A stretch of DNA of 64,000 nt from Gemmatimonadota bacterium (GCA_041486305.1 JBGPLG010000001.1:84429-148428); one strand, 5' to 3'; counted from the first letter of the stretch, positions 10,364-19,900 are shown. The notes: a model not told the origin generated them from the sequence alone. A program made the numbers and translations.

Positions 10364-10392
10364 TAGTCGTCCGGCACGGCGCCGAATCGACA
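10364..10392 (-). promoter_or_regulatory. candidate ECF42-type autoregulated promoter
   Basis: The minus strand reads TGTCGA - 17 nt - CGACTA, ending 38 nt upstream of the yciI ATG. It matches the TGTCGA/CGAC-type motif I recall for ECF42. Confidence 0.4.
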
Positions 10393-10483
10393 ATCGGATG
10401 ATCCCGGGCCAGGAAGGACGCCGGGCGGGGCCAAGTCCGGGCTCCCCGTTCGACCGCCTATGGGGGGTCGCTATTATACCGAT

Positions 10484-10522
10484 CCCCACGGGGCCGGAGG
10501 GTGGTCGCCCGGCCCCGTGGGG
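10484..10522. promoter_or_regulatory. perfect 14-bp GC-rich inverted repeat in the RND operon leader / divergent control region
   Basis: CCCCACGGGGCCGG - 11 nt - CCGGCCCCGTGGGG. It lies directly downstream of the only AT-rich patch in the region (CTATTATACC, 10471-10480) and 50 nt upstream of the MFP start. Confidence 0.4.
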
Positions 10523-10571
10523 CGGAATCGGGTCCCGAATCGTCACCGTTCAGCTTTTCCCGGATGGCCGG

Positions 10572-11741
10572 ATGCCTAACTTACGCCAGCGCGCCGCGGG
10601 TGCGGCACTCCTCTCAGCGGCGGCCGTTGCATCGCCTGCCTGCAAACAGCAATCGGCGCCGTTCGCGCCGCCTCCGCCGGAGGTGGCGGTAGTCGAGGTG
10701 GTCCCCCGGACGCTGGACCAGGTCTACGAGTTCTCCGGCAGCGTCGAGGCGTCCCGGAGCGTACAGGTGCGCTCCCAGGTGGCGGGTGTGGTGAAGGCCC
10801 GCCCCTTCCACGAGGGCCAGGCCGTCAAGGCAGGCGACGTCCTCTATCAGATCGACCAGACCGCGTTCGAAGCCGACTGGCGCGCCGCCCGGGCGCGGCT
10901 CACTGAAGCGGAGGCGCGGGCGGCCAACGCCAGACAGACCCTCACCCGGTTTGCCGCGCTGTTATCGGACAGCGCGGTGTCCCGCCAGGACTACGACAAC
11001 GCCTCGGCGCAGGCCAAGCAGGCCGATGCGGCGGTCGAGGAGGCTCGCGGCATCGCGGACCGGGCCAAGAAGAATCTCGACGACACGATGGTGCGTGCCG
11101 AGCTGTCGGGCCGGGTCGGCAGGGCGCTGCTCGAGGTCGGCGCCCGGGTCCGGGGCACCGACGACATCCTCACGTACATCGACGTCCTGGACCCGATCTA
11201 CGTAGTCTTCCGGCCCTCGGCACAGCAAATCCTGTCGTGGCGGCGGGACCCCCGCGCCACCCGCATGCTGGCTCCGGGGGGCAGGCTCACCTTCCAGGCG
11301 ATCCTACCGGACGGCGCGCCGGCGCCGAGCCGGGGGCGGCTCGACTTCATCGACCCGGTGGTGGACCCGTCCACCGGGACCCAGCAATTCCGGGCCGAGT
11401 TTCCCAACCGGGAGCGGCTGCTGCTGCCGGGGCAGTTCGTCCGGGTCCGCCTGCTCGGCCTGGTCCGGGACAGCGCGATCGTGGTGCCGCAGCGCGCGGT
11501 GCTGCTCCAGATGGGCCGCCAGACGGTGTATGTCGTCGCGGCGGGTGACACCGTGCGGGTCCGGGACGTGGTGGCCAGCGACTGGGCCGGCGACCAATGG
11601 CTGATCGAGGAGGGCCTGGCTCCCGGTGACCGGGTCATCGTGGACGGGGTGCAGAAGGTGGGCCCGGGCGCCAAGGTGAAACCGGTCCGGGCGGACAGCG
11701 CGACGGCGGGGAAAGCCGCCGGCGGAGGCGCCCGCCCGTGA
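10572..11741 (+). CDS. efflux RND transporter periplasmic adaptor (membrane fusion protein)
   Basis: Signal/lipobox-like N-terminus MPNLRQRAAGAALLSAAAVASPAC. HlyD/AcrA-type lipoyl and hairpin pattern (QVAGVVKARPFHEGQAVKAGDVLYQIDQTAFEADW). The stop overlaps the RND start. Confidence 0.9.
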   Translation: MPNLRQRAAGAALLSAAAVASPACKQQSAPFAPPPPEVAVVEVVPRTLDQVYEFSGSVEASRSVQVRSQVAGVVKARPFHEGQAVKAGDVLYQIDQTAFEADWRAARARLTEAEARAANARQTLTRFAALLSDSAVSRQDYDNASAQAKQADAAVEEARGIADRAKKNLDDTMVRAELSGRVGRALLEVGARVRGTDDILTYIDVLDPIYVVFRPSAQQILSWRRDPRATRMLAPGGRLTFQAILPDGAPAPSRGRLDFIDPVVDPSTGTQQFRAEFPNRERLLLPGQFVRVRLLGLVRDSAIVVPQRAVLLQMGRQTVYVVAAGDTVRVRDVVASDWAGDQWLIEEGLAPGDRVIVDGVQKVGPGAKVKPVRADSATAGKAAGGGARP

Positions 11742-14700
11742 GCGGCGCGGCGCCGGCTCCGGTCAGGTATTTCTTCATTCGGCGGCCGGTCCTGGCCGCC
11801 GTGATCTCGATCATCATCACGCTGCTGGGCGGCTTCGCCCTGCTGCGGCTGCCGATCAACCGGTTTCCCCAGATCACGCCGCCCGCGGTGCAGGTCACCG
11901 CGGTCTATCCGGGCGCCAACGCCGAGGACGTGGCCCAGGCGGTGGCGGCGCCGATCGAGCAGCAGCTCTCCGGGCTCGACGGCCTGCTGTACTACCAGTC
12001 GGCCAACTCGAGCACCGGCGTGATGTCGCTCTCGGTCTATTTCGACATCTCCCGGGACCAGGACATCGCGGCGGTCGAGGTCCAGAACGCCATCAAGTTG
12101 GCCGAGCCGCAGCTGCCCGAGGAGGTGCGCCGGAACGGCATCGTGGTCCAGAAGACCAACACCAATATTCTCATGTTGGTTGCGCTGGTGTCCGACGACC
12201 CCCGGTACGACGCGCTGTACCTCAACAACTACGCCAAGCTCTACGTGGAGGATGAGCTCAAGCGGATTCCCGGTGTGGGGAACGCCCAGATCTTCGGCGG
12301 CGCGGACTTCGCCATGCTGCTCTCGCTCGATCCGGAGAAGATGGCCCAGCTCGGCATCACGGTGGACGACGTGTCGCGGGCGGTGCGGGAGCAGAACGTC
12401 ACCAATCCGGCGGGCCGGATCGGCCGGGAGCCGGCCCCGAAGGGCACCGAGCTCACGCTACCGGTCACCACCAGCGGCCGGCTCAGCCAGCCGGCGCAGT
12501 TCGGGGCCATCATCGTCCGGTCCCGGCCGGACGGCTCGGTGGTGCGGGTCAGCGATATCGCGCACGTGCATCTGGGCGCCCAGAGCTACGATGCCGGCGG
12601 CCGGCTCAACGGGCGGCCGACGGCGTTCTTCCTGGTCTTCGCCCGTCCCGGCGCCAACCAGCTCCAGGTGCGGGACGCCGTCGAGCAGCGCATCCGGGAA
12701 CTGCAGAAGGGGTTTCCCGCCGGCATCCAGTACCGGATTCCTTTCGACACGACGCCCTTCATCACTACCTCGATGGAGGAGGTGGTGAAGACGCTGATCG
12801 AAGCGATGATCCTGGTGACCCTGGTGGTGTTCCTGTTCCTGGAGAGCTGGCGGGCCACGCTGATTCCGGTGCTCGCGGTGCCGGTGAGCATCATCGGAAC
12901 CTTCCTGGGACTGCAGATGCTGGGCTTCACCATCAACACCCTCACCCTCTTCGGCCTGGTGCTGGCGATCGGCATCGTGGTGGACGACGCGATCGTGGTG
13001 ATCGAGAACGTCGAGCGCATCATGGAGGAGGAGCACCTGCCGCCCCGCCTTGCCGCGGACAAGGCGATCCGCCAGGTGAGCGGCGCGCTGGTGGCGATCG
13101 TGCTCTCGCTCTGCGCGGTGTTCGTGCCGGTGGCGTTCCTCAGCGGGATCACCGGGGCCATGTACAAGGAGTTCGCCCTCACCATCGTGATCGCCATCGT
13201 GATCTCCGGCATCGTGGCGCTGACCCTGACGCCGGCCCTGTGCGCCACACTGCTGCGGCACTCCCCGGCCGACACCACGAACAAGTTCTTCCTGGCGTTC
13301 AACCGCGGCTTCGACCGGGTCCGGTCCCGCTATCTGGGCGCCGCCGGCCGGATCGTGGAGCGGCCCCGGGCCTGGATCGCGGTGTTCGTGGTGATGGTGG
13401 CGCTGACCCTGCTGCTCTTCCGGAAGGTGCCCGGCGCCTTCATCCCGCCGGAGGACAAGGGTTTCTTCGTGCTGGCGGTCCAGCTCCCCGACGCGGCCTC
13501 GCGCCAGCGCACCGAGGACGTGGTGACCCAGGTGGAGAAGATCGTGCTGGCGGATTCATCGGTGATGTCCACCGTGAGCCTGGTGGGGCTCGACCTGCTC
13601 ACCTTTTCGCAGCAGACCAACAGCGCCACCATGTTCGTGCGGCTCAAGCCGTGGAGCCAGCGCACCGCAAAGGGCCAGGGCCTCGACGCGATCCTGGGCC
13701 GGGTGAACGGCCGGCTCTTCGGGATCAAGGAGGCGTTTTCATTCGGATTCAATTTTCCCGAGATCCCGGGGCTGGGCCGGACCAGCGGGCTCGAGATGAA
13801 CCTCCAGGCCCGGGCCGGCGGAGAGTACCGGGACTTCGCGCGGATCGCCCAAAGCTTCGTGCGGGACGCCAACGCGCTGCCCGAGGTGCAGGGCGCCGTC
13901 ACCCAGATCCGCGCCGATGTGCCGCAGGTCTACGTGACGATCGACAAGGACGCGGCCTACGCGCGCGGTGTCGGCCCGGGGCAGATCTTCAGCACCCTGC
14001 AGGCGATGCTCTCCAGCCTCTATATCAACGACTTCAACCTGGCCGGGCGGACCTTCCGGGTGCAGGCGGAGGCGGAGTCCGAATTCCGCCAGAAGCCCGA
14101 GGACATCGGCCGGTTCTACGTCCGGAGCTCGCACGGCGACATGGTGCCCCTCGCCGCCCTGATCACCACCGAGATGCGGGGCGGCCCCAGTCTCATCGCC
14201 CGGTTCAACGGATTCCCCTCGGCGCTGGTGACGGCCCAGCCCAAACCGGGCAAGAGCTCCGGCCAGCTGATCGCCGCGGTGGAACGGCTGGTGGCGGACA
14301 AGTACGCCTCGCAGGGCATCGGCTACGGCTACAGCGGGCAGACCTTTCAGGAACGGATCTCGGCGGGCAGCAGCTCGCTGGTGATCGTGCTGGGGCTGGT
14401 CATGGTCTTCCTGGTGCTGGCGGCGCAGTACGAGAGCTTCGCGATCCCCTTCGCCGTGCTGCTGGGCGTGCCGTTCGGCGTGTTCGGCGCGCTGCTTGGG
14501 GCCTGGCTGCGCGGGATGGCGAACGACGTCTACTTCCAGGTCGGCATGATCGCCGTGATCGGCCTCGCGGCCAAGAACGCGATTCTGATCGTGGAATTCG
14601 CCAACGAGCTCCTGGCCCGGGGCTCCTCGGTTCGGGATGCCGCCCGGGAAGCCGCGCGGCAGCGGCTCCGGCCGATCCTGATGACCTCGTTCGCCTTCAT

Positions 14701-14905
14701 TCTGGGGGTGTCGCCGCTGGTGGTGGCGGGCGGCGCCGGCGCGGCGAGCCGGCACTCGATCGGCACCGGCGTGTTCGCGGGAATGCTGGTCGCGACCCTG
14801 GTCGGCATCTTCTTCATCCCGCTCTTCTTTTCGGTGATCGCGGGACTCACCCGCCGGGGGCGAACCGCGGCGCCACCCGCGGCCGGCGCCGCGGTGGAGG
14901 GCTGA
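11738..14905 (+). CDS. RND multidrug efflux permease (AcrB/HAE1-like)
   Basis: 1055 aa, 12-TM architecture with two large periplasmic loops. N-terminal FFIRRPVLAAVISIIITLLG and the conserved TLFGLVLAIGIVVDDAIVVIENVER motif. Confidence 0.95.
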   Translation: MSGAAPAPVRYFFIRRPVLAAVISIIITLLGGFALLRLPINRFPQITPPAVQVTAVYPGANAEDVAQAVAAPIEQQLSGLDGLLYYQSANSSTGVMSLSVYFDISRDQDIAAVEVQNAIKLAEPQLPEEVRRNGIVVQKTNTNILMLVALVSDDPRYDALYLNNYAKLYVEDELKRIPGVGNAQIFGGADFAMLLSLDPEKMAQLGITVDDVSRAVREQNVTNPAGRIGREPAPKGTELTLPVTTSGRLSQPAQFGAIIVRSRPDGSVVRVSDIAHVHLGAQSYDAGGRLNGRPTAFFLVFARPGANQLQVRDAVEQRIRELQKGFPAGIQYRIPFDTTPFITTSMEEVVKTLIEAMILVTLVVFLFLESWRATLIPVLAVPVSIIGTFLGLQMLGFTINTLTLFGLVLAIGIVVDDAIVVIENVERIMEEEHLPPRLAADKAIRQVSGALVAIVLSLCAVFVPVAFLSGITGAMYKEFALTIVIAIVISGIVALTLTPALCATLLRHSPADTTNKFFLAFNRGFDRVRSRYLGAAGRIVERPRAWIAVFVVMVALTLLLFRKVPGAFIPPEDKGFFVLAVQLPDAASRQRTEDVVTQVEKIVLADSSVMSTVSLVGLDLLTFSQQTNSATMFVRLKPWSQRTAKGQGLDAILGRVNGRLFGIKEAFSFGFNFPEIPGLGRTSGLEMNLQARAGGEYRDFARIAQSFVRDANALPEVQGAVTQIRADVPQVYVTIDKDAAYARGVGPGQIFSTLQAMLSSLYINDFNLAGRTFRVQAEAESEFRQKPEDIGRFYVRSSHGDMVPLAALITTEMRGGPSLIARFNGFPSALVTAQPKPGKSSGQLIAAVERLVADKYASQGIGYGYSGQTFQERISAGSSSLVIVLGLVMVFLVLAAQYESFAIPFAVLLGVPFGVFGALLGAWLRGMANDVYFQVGMIAVIGLAAKNAILIVEFANELLARGSSVRDAAREAARQRLRPILMTSFAFILGVSPLVVAGGAGAASRHSIGTGVFAGMLVATLVGIFFIPLFFSVIAGLTRRGRTAAPPAAGAAVEG

Positions 14906-14906
14906 C

Positions 14907-16388
14907 ATGCGCGCCGTTCCGGCGCTCCTCGCGCTCCTCGCGGCGGCCGGCTGCGCCGTGGGGCCGTCCACCGGGGTGCACCGGCCGGCGCCGGCGTCGG
15001 TGCGGCCGGCCGACAGCCTGACCGCACCCGGCTCCCGGGCCTTCCTGGATTCGCTGGCGGCGGTACGCGCGACCGACCGCCGCGACTCCACCCCCGCGCT
15101 CTGGGTCTCCCGGCGGCTGGCGCTCGACTCGCTGGGCGACCGCCCGTGGCTGGCGGTACTCGACGACTCGGTCCTGATGTCGATGGTCGAAGCCGCGATG
15201 TCCGACAACCAGGACCTGAAGGTGGCGGTGGCGCGGGTCAAGGAATACCGGGCGCTGCTGGGCGCCGCCCGCGGCGACCTCTTCCCCCAGGTCAATGCCG
15301 GCGGGTTGCGCAGCACCAACCAGAGCGTGTTCGGGGCATTCCCGGCCCAGAACTTCGAGGTGGTGCGGCTGACCGCCGACCTGGCGTGGGAGCTGGATTT
15401 CTGGGGCAAACTCCGGCGGCAGACCCAGGCGGCGGGGTTCGATCTCGGAGCGCAGGAAGCGGCGGAGCGCGCCGCGGTGGTGACCCTGGTGAGCGATGTG
15501 GTGACCGGCTACCTCGAGCTCCGGGAGCTCGACCAGGAAGTCGCGATCTCGGAACAGACGCTCGAGGCCCGGCGGGCCTCGCTGGCCCTGGCGCGGCGCC
15601 GGTTCACCGAGGGGGTCATCTCCGAGCTCGACGTGCGGCAGTTCGAGTCCGAGGCCGCGGCGCCGGCGGTCCGGGTGGCGGACTTCGCCCGCCAGCGCGC
15701 CGAGAAGGAGCACCAGCTTTCAGTCCTGCTGGGTCGGGCCCCGGGGCCGCTGCCGCGCGGCAGGCCGCTGGCGGAAATCGTGCAGGCGGTCATGGTGCCC
15801 GACTCGATTCCCGGGGAGCTCCTGCTGCGCAGGCCCGACGTCCGGCAGGCGGAGCGCGAGCTGCAGGCCGCCACGTCCCGGATCGGCGTGGCGATGGGAA
15901 ACCGCCTGCCGAGGATCGCGATCACCGGTCAGTACGGGCGGCAGCGGAGCGATTTTCATGATTTGTTCGGCAAGTCCGGCGAGGTGTACTTCGCGCAGCT
16001 GGGCATCACGCTGCCGCTGTTCACCGGCGGGAAGCTGCTCAACCAGCAGCGCGCCGCGAGCGCCCGGGCCGAGCAGGCCCGAGCCCGTTACGAGGCGGCG
16101 GTGCTCAACGCGCTTCGCGAGGCCGATGACGCCCTGGTCGGCCTCCGGCTCACCAAGGACCAGCTGGTGGCGCAGAACACCCAGGTGCTGGCGCTGAGCC
16201 GGGCCTTCGAGCTGGCCCGGCGCCGCTATGAAAACGGGGTGTCCAGCTACCTCGAGGTGCTGGATTCCCAGCGGGGGCTCTTCCAGGCCCAGCTCACCCT
16301 GGCTCAGACCGAGCGGCAATACCTCGGCGCGACGGTGCGGCTGTACAAGGCGCTGGGAGGAGGGTGGGGACCAACGCCGAGGCCCTGA
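14907..16388 (+). CDS. efflux outer-membrane factor lipoprotein (NodT/TolC family)
   Basis: Lipobox LLAAAGC. Two repeats of the OMF helical pattern. Starts 1 nt after the RND stop. Confidence 0.9.
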   Translation: MRAVPALLALLAAAGCAVGPSTGVHRPAPASVRPADSLTAPGSRAFLDSLAAVRATDRRDSTPALWVSRRLALDSLGDRPWLAVLDDSVLMSMVEAAMSDNQDLKVAVARVKEYRALLGAARGDLFPQVNAGGLRSTNQSVFGAFPAQNFEVVRLTADLAWELDFWGKLRRQTQAAGFDLGAQEAAERAAVVTLVSDVVTGYLELRELDQEVAISEQTLEARRASLALARRRFTEGVISELDVRQFESEAAAPAVRVADFARQRAEKEHQLSVLLGRAPGPLPRGRPLAEIVQAVMVPDSIPGELLLRRPDVRQAERELQAATSRIGVAMGNRLPRIAITGQYGRQRSDFHDLFGKSGEVYFAQLGITLPLFTGGKLLNQQRAASARAEQARARYEAAVLNALREADDALVGLRLTKDQLVAQNTQVLALSRAFELARRRYENGVSSYLEVLDSQRGLFQAQLTLAQTERQYLGATVRLYKALGGGWGPTPRP

Positions 16389-16461
16389 TCGCCCGCTCCT
16401 CGATTTCTTCGAGGATTGGTTCCTCCACGGCCTGGACGTCCGTGGTGGCGGCCGCAGGATC

Positions 16462-18360
16462 CTAGCCCGACGCGACGGTTTCCAGCTCCTCCCATCGCCG
16501 GGTCAGCTCGTCCAGCTCGGACCCGAGTGACGTGAGGCGCGCCTTCGCGGCGGCGGCGGCCGCTCCGTCCCGGAGCAGCACCGGGTCCGTGAGCGATTCA
16601 TAGAGCCGGGCCCGCTCCCGCTCCAGCGCGTCGATCCGCCCCGGCAGCTCGGCCAGCTCAGCGGCCTCCTTCATCGTCAGCCGGCGCTTCCTGGCCGGCC
16701 GCGCGGACTCCTGCGGTGGGGCCTTCCGGGCGGGACCCCCCGGCCCGGTCTTCTCCGCGGGATCCGGACCCCGCTGCCGCAACCAGTCGGAGTATCCGCC
16801 GACATATTCGCCCACGACCCCGCCGCCCTCCAGCACGAGGGTGCTGGTCACCACATTGTCGAGGAAGGTCCGGTCGTGGCTCACCACCAGGAGCGTGCCC
16901 GAGAAGCCGAGCAGCAGCTCTTCCAGCAGGTCGAGGGTCTCGATGTCGAGATCGTTGGTCGGTTCGTCGAGCACCAGCAGGTTGAATGAGCGGGTGAAGA
17001 GCCGCGCGAGCAGCAGCCGGTTGCGTTCGCCCCCGGAGAGCGCCTTGACCGGTGTGCGGGCCCGTTCCGCGGGGAAGAGGAATTCCTGCAGGTAGCCCAG
17101 CACATGCTTCCGCACCGGTCCGATCTCGACGACCTCGGCGCCATCGGCGACGCTCTCGAAAACGGTGCGCTCCGGATCGAGCTGCTCGCGGAGCTGATCG
17201 AAATACGCGATTTCGAGGCCGGTCCCCGGCGTTATCGTTCCGGTGTCCGGCGGAAGCTCTCCGATCAGCAGGCGGAGCAGCGTGGTCTTGCCGGAGCCGT
17301 TCGGCCCGATGATCCCCACGCGGTCCCCCCGCATGATCGTGGTGGTGAAGTTCCGCACCAGCACGCGGTCCCCGTGGGCGAAGCCCAGGTCCCGCGCCTT
17401 CACGACCAGCTTGCCGGAGCGCTCCGCCTCTTCCGCCTTGAGCCGGACGGTCCCGGCCCGCTCCCGGCGCATCCCTCGCTCGCGCCGGAGCGCCTCGAGG
17501 GCTCGGACCCGTCCCTCGTTTCGAGTGCGCCGGGCCTTGATACCGGTCCGGATCCAGATCTCCTCCCGGGCCAGTTTCTTGTCGAATTCCGCCCGCTCGC
17601 GTCCTTCCGCGGCGAGCGCCGCCTCCTTCCGCACCAGGTAGGTCTCGTAGGTGGGTCCCCAGTCCGCCAGGCGACCCCGGTCGAGCTCCACGATCCGGGT
17701 CGCCACCCGGCGGAGGAAGGCGCGGTCGTGGGTCACGAACAGCAGGGTGGAGGCGCGGTCGACCAGAAATTCCTCCAGCCAGGCGACCGCGTCGATGTCG
17801 AGATGGTTGGTGGGCTCGTCCAGCAGCAGGACATCGGGCTTCTGGACCAGCGCGCGCGCCAGGAGGACCTGCCGCTTGCCACCGCCCGAGGCGAGGGAAA
17901 ACGGCGCGTCGGCGTCGAGGCCCAGATGGGAGAGCACCGTCTCCACCCGGGTCTGCATCTGCCAGGCGCCGGCGGCATCGAGCGCGTGGTGAAGCCGGTC
18001 GAGCTCGCGCAGCGCGCCGTCGCTGGCGCGGGTGGCGACGTCGTGCCCGGCCTGGTGGTACCGGGTGAGGAGCAGGCCGGCGGGCCCCAGGCCGGCGGCG
18101 ACCACGTCGTAGGTGGAGCCGATGAGGTCGGGAGGCACGGCCTGCTCGAGACGCGCAACGGTGATGCCGGTCTGGCGCACGATGACGCCGCTATCGGGCG
18201 CGATGGTGCCGTCCAACAGCTTCATGACCGTGCTCTTGCCGGCGCCGTTGCGTCCCAGGAGGCAGACTCGCTCGCCTCGCTCCATGGAAAAGCCGGCCCG
18301 GTCGAGCACCGGCGGGCCCCCGAAGGCGAGGGTGAGGTCCTGCATGCCCAGGAGGGCCAT
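16462..18360 (-). CDS. ABC-F family ATPase (Uup-like), soluble
   Basis: Two NBDs with Walker A GRNGAGKST and GPNGSGKTT, signature LSGGERNRL, no TM segments, charged coiled-coil C-terminal tail. Confidence 0.92.
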   Translation of the reverse strand: MALLGMQDLTLAFGGPPVLDRAGFSMERGERVCLLGRNGAGKSTVMKLLDGTIAPDSGVIVRQTGITVARLEQAVPPDLIGSTYDVVAAGLGPAGLLLTRYHQAGHDVATRASDGALRELDRLHHALDAAGAWQMQTRVETVLSHLGLDADAPFSLASGGGKRQVLLARALVQKPDVLLLDEPTNHLDIDAVAWLEEFLVDRASTLLFVTHDRAFLRRVATRIVELDRGRLADWGPTYETYLVRKEAALAAEGRERAEFDKKLAREEIWIRTGIKARRTRNEGRVRALEALRRERGMRRERAGTVRLKAEEAERSGKLVVKARDLGFAHGDRVLVRNFTTTIMRGDRVGIIGPNGSGKTTLLRLLIGELPPDTGTITPGTGLEIAYFDQLREQLDPERTVFESVADGAEVVEIGPVRKHVLGYLQEFLFPAERARTPVKALSGGERNRLLLARLFTRSFNLLVLDEPTNDLDIETLDLLEELLLGFSGTLLVVSHDRTFLDNVVTSTLVLEGGGVVGEYVGGYSDWLRQRGPDPAEKTGPGGPARKAPPQESARPARKRRLTMKEAAELAELPGRIDALERERARLYESLTDPVLLRDGAAAAAAKARLTSLGSELDELTRRWEELETVASG

Positions 18361-18457
18361 GCTGATCCCGGTCAGAGGGAGGCGAAAGTTATCAGCGCGA
18401 GGCGCCGGGCACTCCCTCGGGCGTGACTAACAGAGCCGCGCGCGGTAGCTTCTCACC

Positions 18458-19900
18458 GTGACCATCCCCAACTACATCAACGGCGGCTGGACCAGGGCGT
18501 CGGGGGCCGACTCGCTCCCGGTCGTCGATCCCGCCAGCGGGGAGATGCTGGGCCGGGTTCCGCTCTCGTCGCGGGACGATGTCGCGGACGCGGTCGCCGC
18601 GGCGGCGCGGGCCTTTCCCGGCTGGCGCGCGGTGCCGGTGGTGGACCGGATCGCGGTGCTGTTCCGGCTCAAGACTCTGCTCGAGGAGCACCTGCCGGAG
18701 CTCGCCGAGCTGATGACCCGGGAACACGGCAAGACCAGGGACGAGTCGGCCGGCGAGATCAAGCGCGGGATCGAGAGTGTGGTGCACGCCTGCGCGATCC
18801 CGACACTCATGATGGGCGAGACGCTGGAGAATATCGCCGCCGGCGTCGACTGCGAGACCGTCCGGCAGCCGCTCGGCGTCTTCGCCGTGGTGACGCCCTA
18901 CAATTTTCCGGTGATGATCCCCCTCTGGTTCTGGCCCTTCGCGGTAGCCACCGGGAATACGGTGGTGCTCAAGCCGAGCGAGCGGGATCCGCTCACCCAC
19001 CAACGGGTCGTGGACCTGGCGTCCCTCGCGGGGCTGCCTGCGGGCGTGCTCAACGTGGTTCATGGCGACCGGGGAGCGGTCGCCGCGCTGCTCGAGCATC
19101 CCGACATCCAGGGCGTCTCGTTCGTCGGCTCCAGCGCGGTGGCGCGGAGCCTCTATGCCGCCGCCGCCGCGTCGGGCAAGCGGGTCCAGGCGCTGGGTGG
19201 CGCCAAGAACCACATGATCGTGCTCCCCGATGCGGATTTCGACGCCACCGCGAAGGCGGTGGTGTCCTCCGCGTACGGCGCGGCGGGCCAGCGCTGCCTC
19301 GCGGGGAGCGTCGTGGTGGGCGTGGGCGACGCCTATCGACCGATGCGGGATTCGATCCTGGAAGGCGCCGGGGAACTCAGGCTGGGCCACGGCCTGGAGT
19401 CCGGCGTCACCATGGGGCCGGTGATCTCCGCGGCGCACCGGGAGCGGGTCGCGGGCTATGTCGCCACCGGGGAGCGGGAAGGGGCGAAGCTTCTGCTCGA
19501 CGGGCGGAGTGCCCGCGTGGCCGGCCATCCCGCCGGCCACTGGTTCGGGCCCACGGTCTTCGAGGGCGTACTGCCGGAGATGTCGATCGGCCGCGAGGAG
19601 ATCTTCGGGCCGGTGGCTGGGCTCACCCGGGCCGACTCGCTCGAGGCCGCCATCGCTCTGGTGCACCGGAACCCGTACGGCAACGCCATCTCGCTCTTCA
19701 CCCGGAGCGGCGCCGCGGCGCGCGAATTCCGCTACCGGGCCGGCATCAGCATGATCGGGGTGAACATCGGCGTCGTGGCCCCGATGGCGTTCTTCCCGTT
19801 TGGCGGCTCGCGCGGGTCCTTCTACGGAGACCTGAAGGCCCAGGGCAAGGATGCGATCGAGTTCTACACCGACCAGCGGGTGGTGATCTCGAAGTGGTGA
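18458..19900 (+). CDS. mmsA: CoA-acylating methylmalonate/malonate-semialdehyde dehydrogenase
   Basis: Aldehyde dehydrogenase fold. Has NYINGGW, VVLKPSERDP, catalytic-Cys context AAGQRCLAGS, and no glutamate-type general-base block, as in MMSDH-type enzymes. GTG start. Confidence 0.82.
   Translation: MTIPNYINGGWTRASGADSLPVVDPASGEMLGRVPLSSRDDVADAVAAAARAFPGWRAVPVVDRIAVLFRLKTLLEEHLPELAELMTREHGKTRDESAGEIKRGIESVVHACAIPTLMMGETLENIAAGVDCETVRQPLGVFAVVTPYNFPVMIPLWFWPFAVATGNTVVLKPSERDPLTHQRVVDLASLAGLPAGVLNVVHGDRGAVAALLEHPDIQGVSFVGSSAVARSLYAAAAASGKRVQALGGAKNHMIVLPDADFDATAKAVVSSAYGAAGQRCLAGSVVVGVGDAYRPMRDSILEGAGELRLGHGLESGVTMGPVISAAHRERVAGYVATGEREGAKLLLDGRSARVAGHPAGHWFGPTVFEGVLPEMSIGREEIFGPVAGLTRADSLEAAIALVHRNPYGNAISLFTRSGAAAREFRYRAGISMIGVNIGVVAPMAFFPFGGSRGSFYGDLKAQGKDAIEFYTDQRVVISKW

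Noticed and set aside
16389-16461. An intrinsic terminator between the convergent OMF and ABC-F genes (CCTCGA-TTTCT-TCGAGG, about 16399-16415).
   Set aside because: The stem is only 6 bp and there is no U-tract on either strand, which is too weak to call.
16462-18360. The ABC-F ATPase as the missing energiser of the ADOP permeases.
   Set aside because: It has two fused NBDs with a linker and a coiled-coil tail and no TMD-coupling context. ABC-F proteins are soluble translation or resistance factors, not transporter subunits. It is also not adjacent to any ADOP gene.
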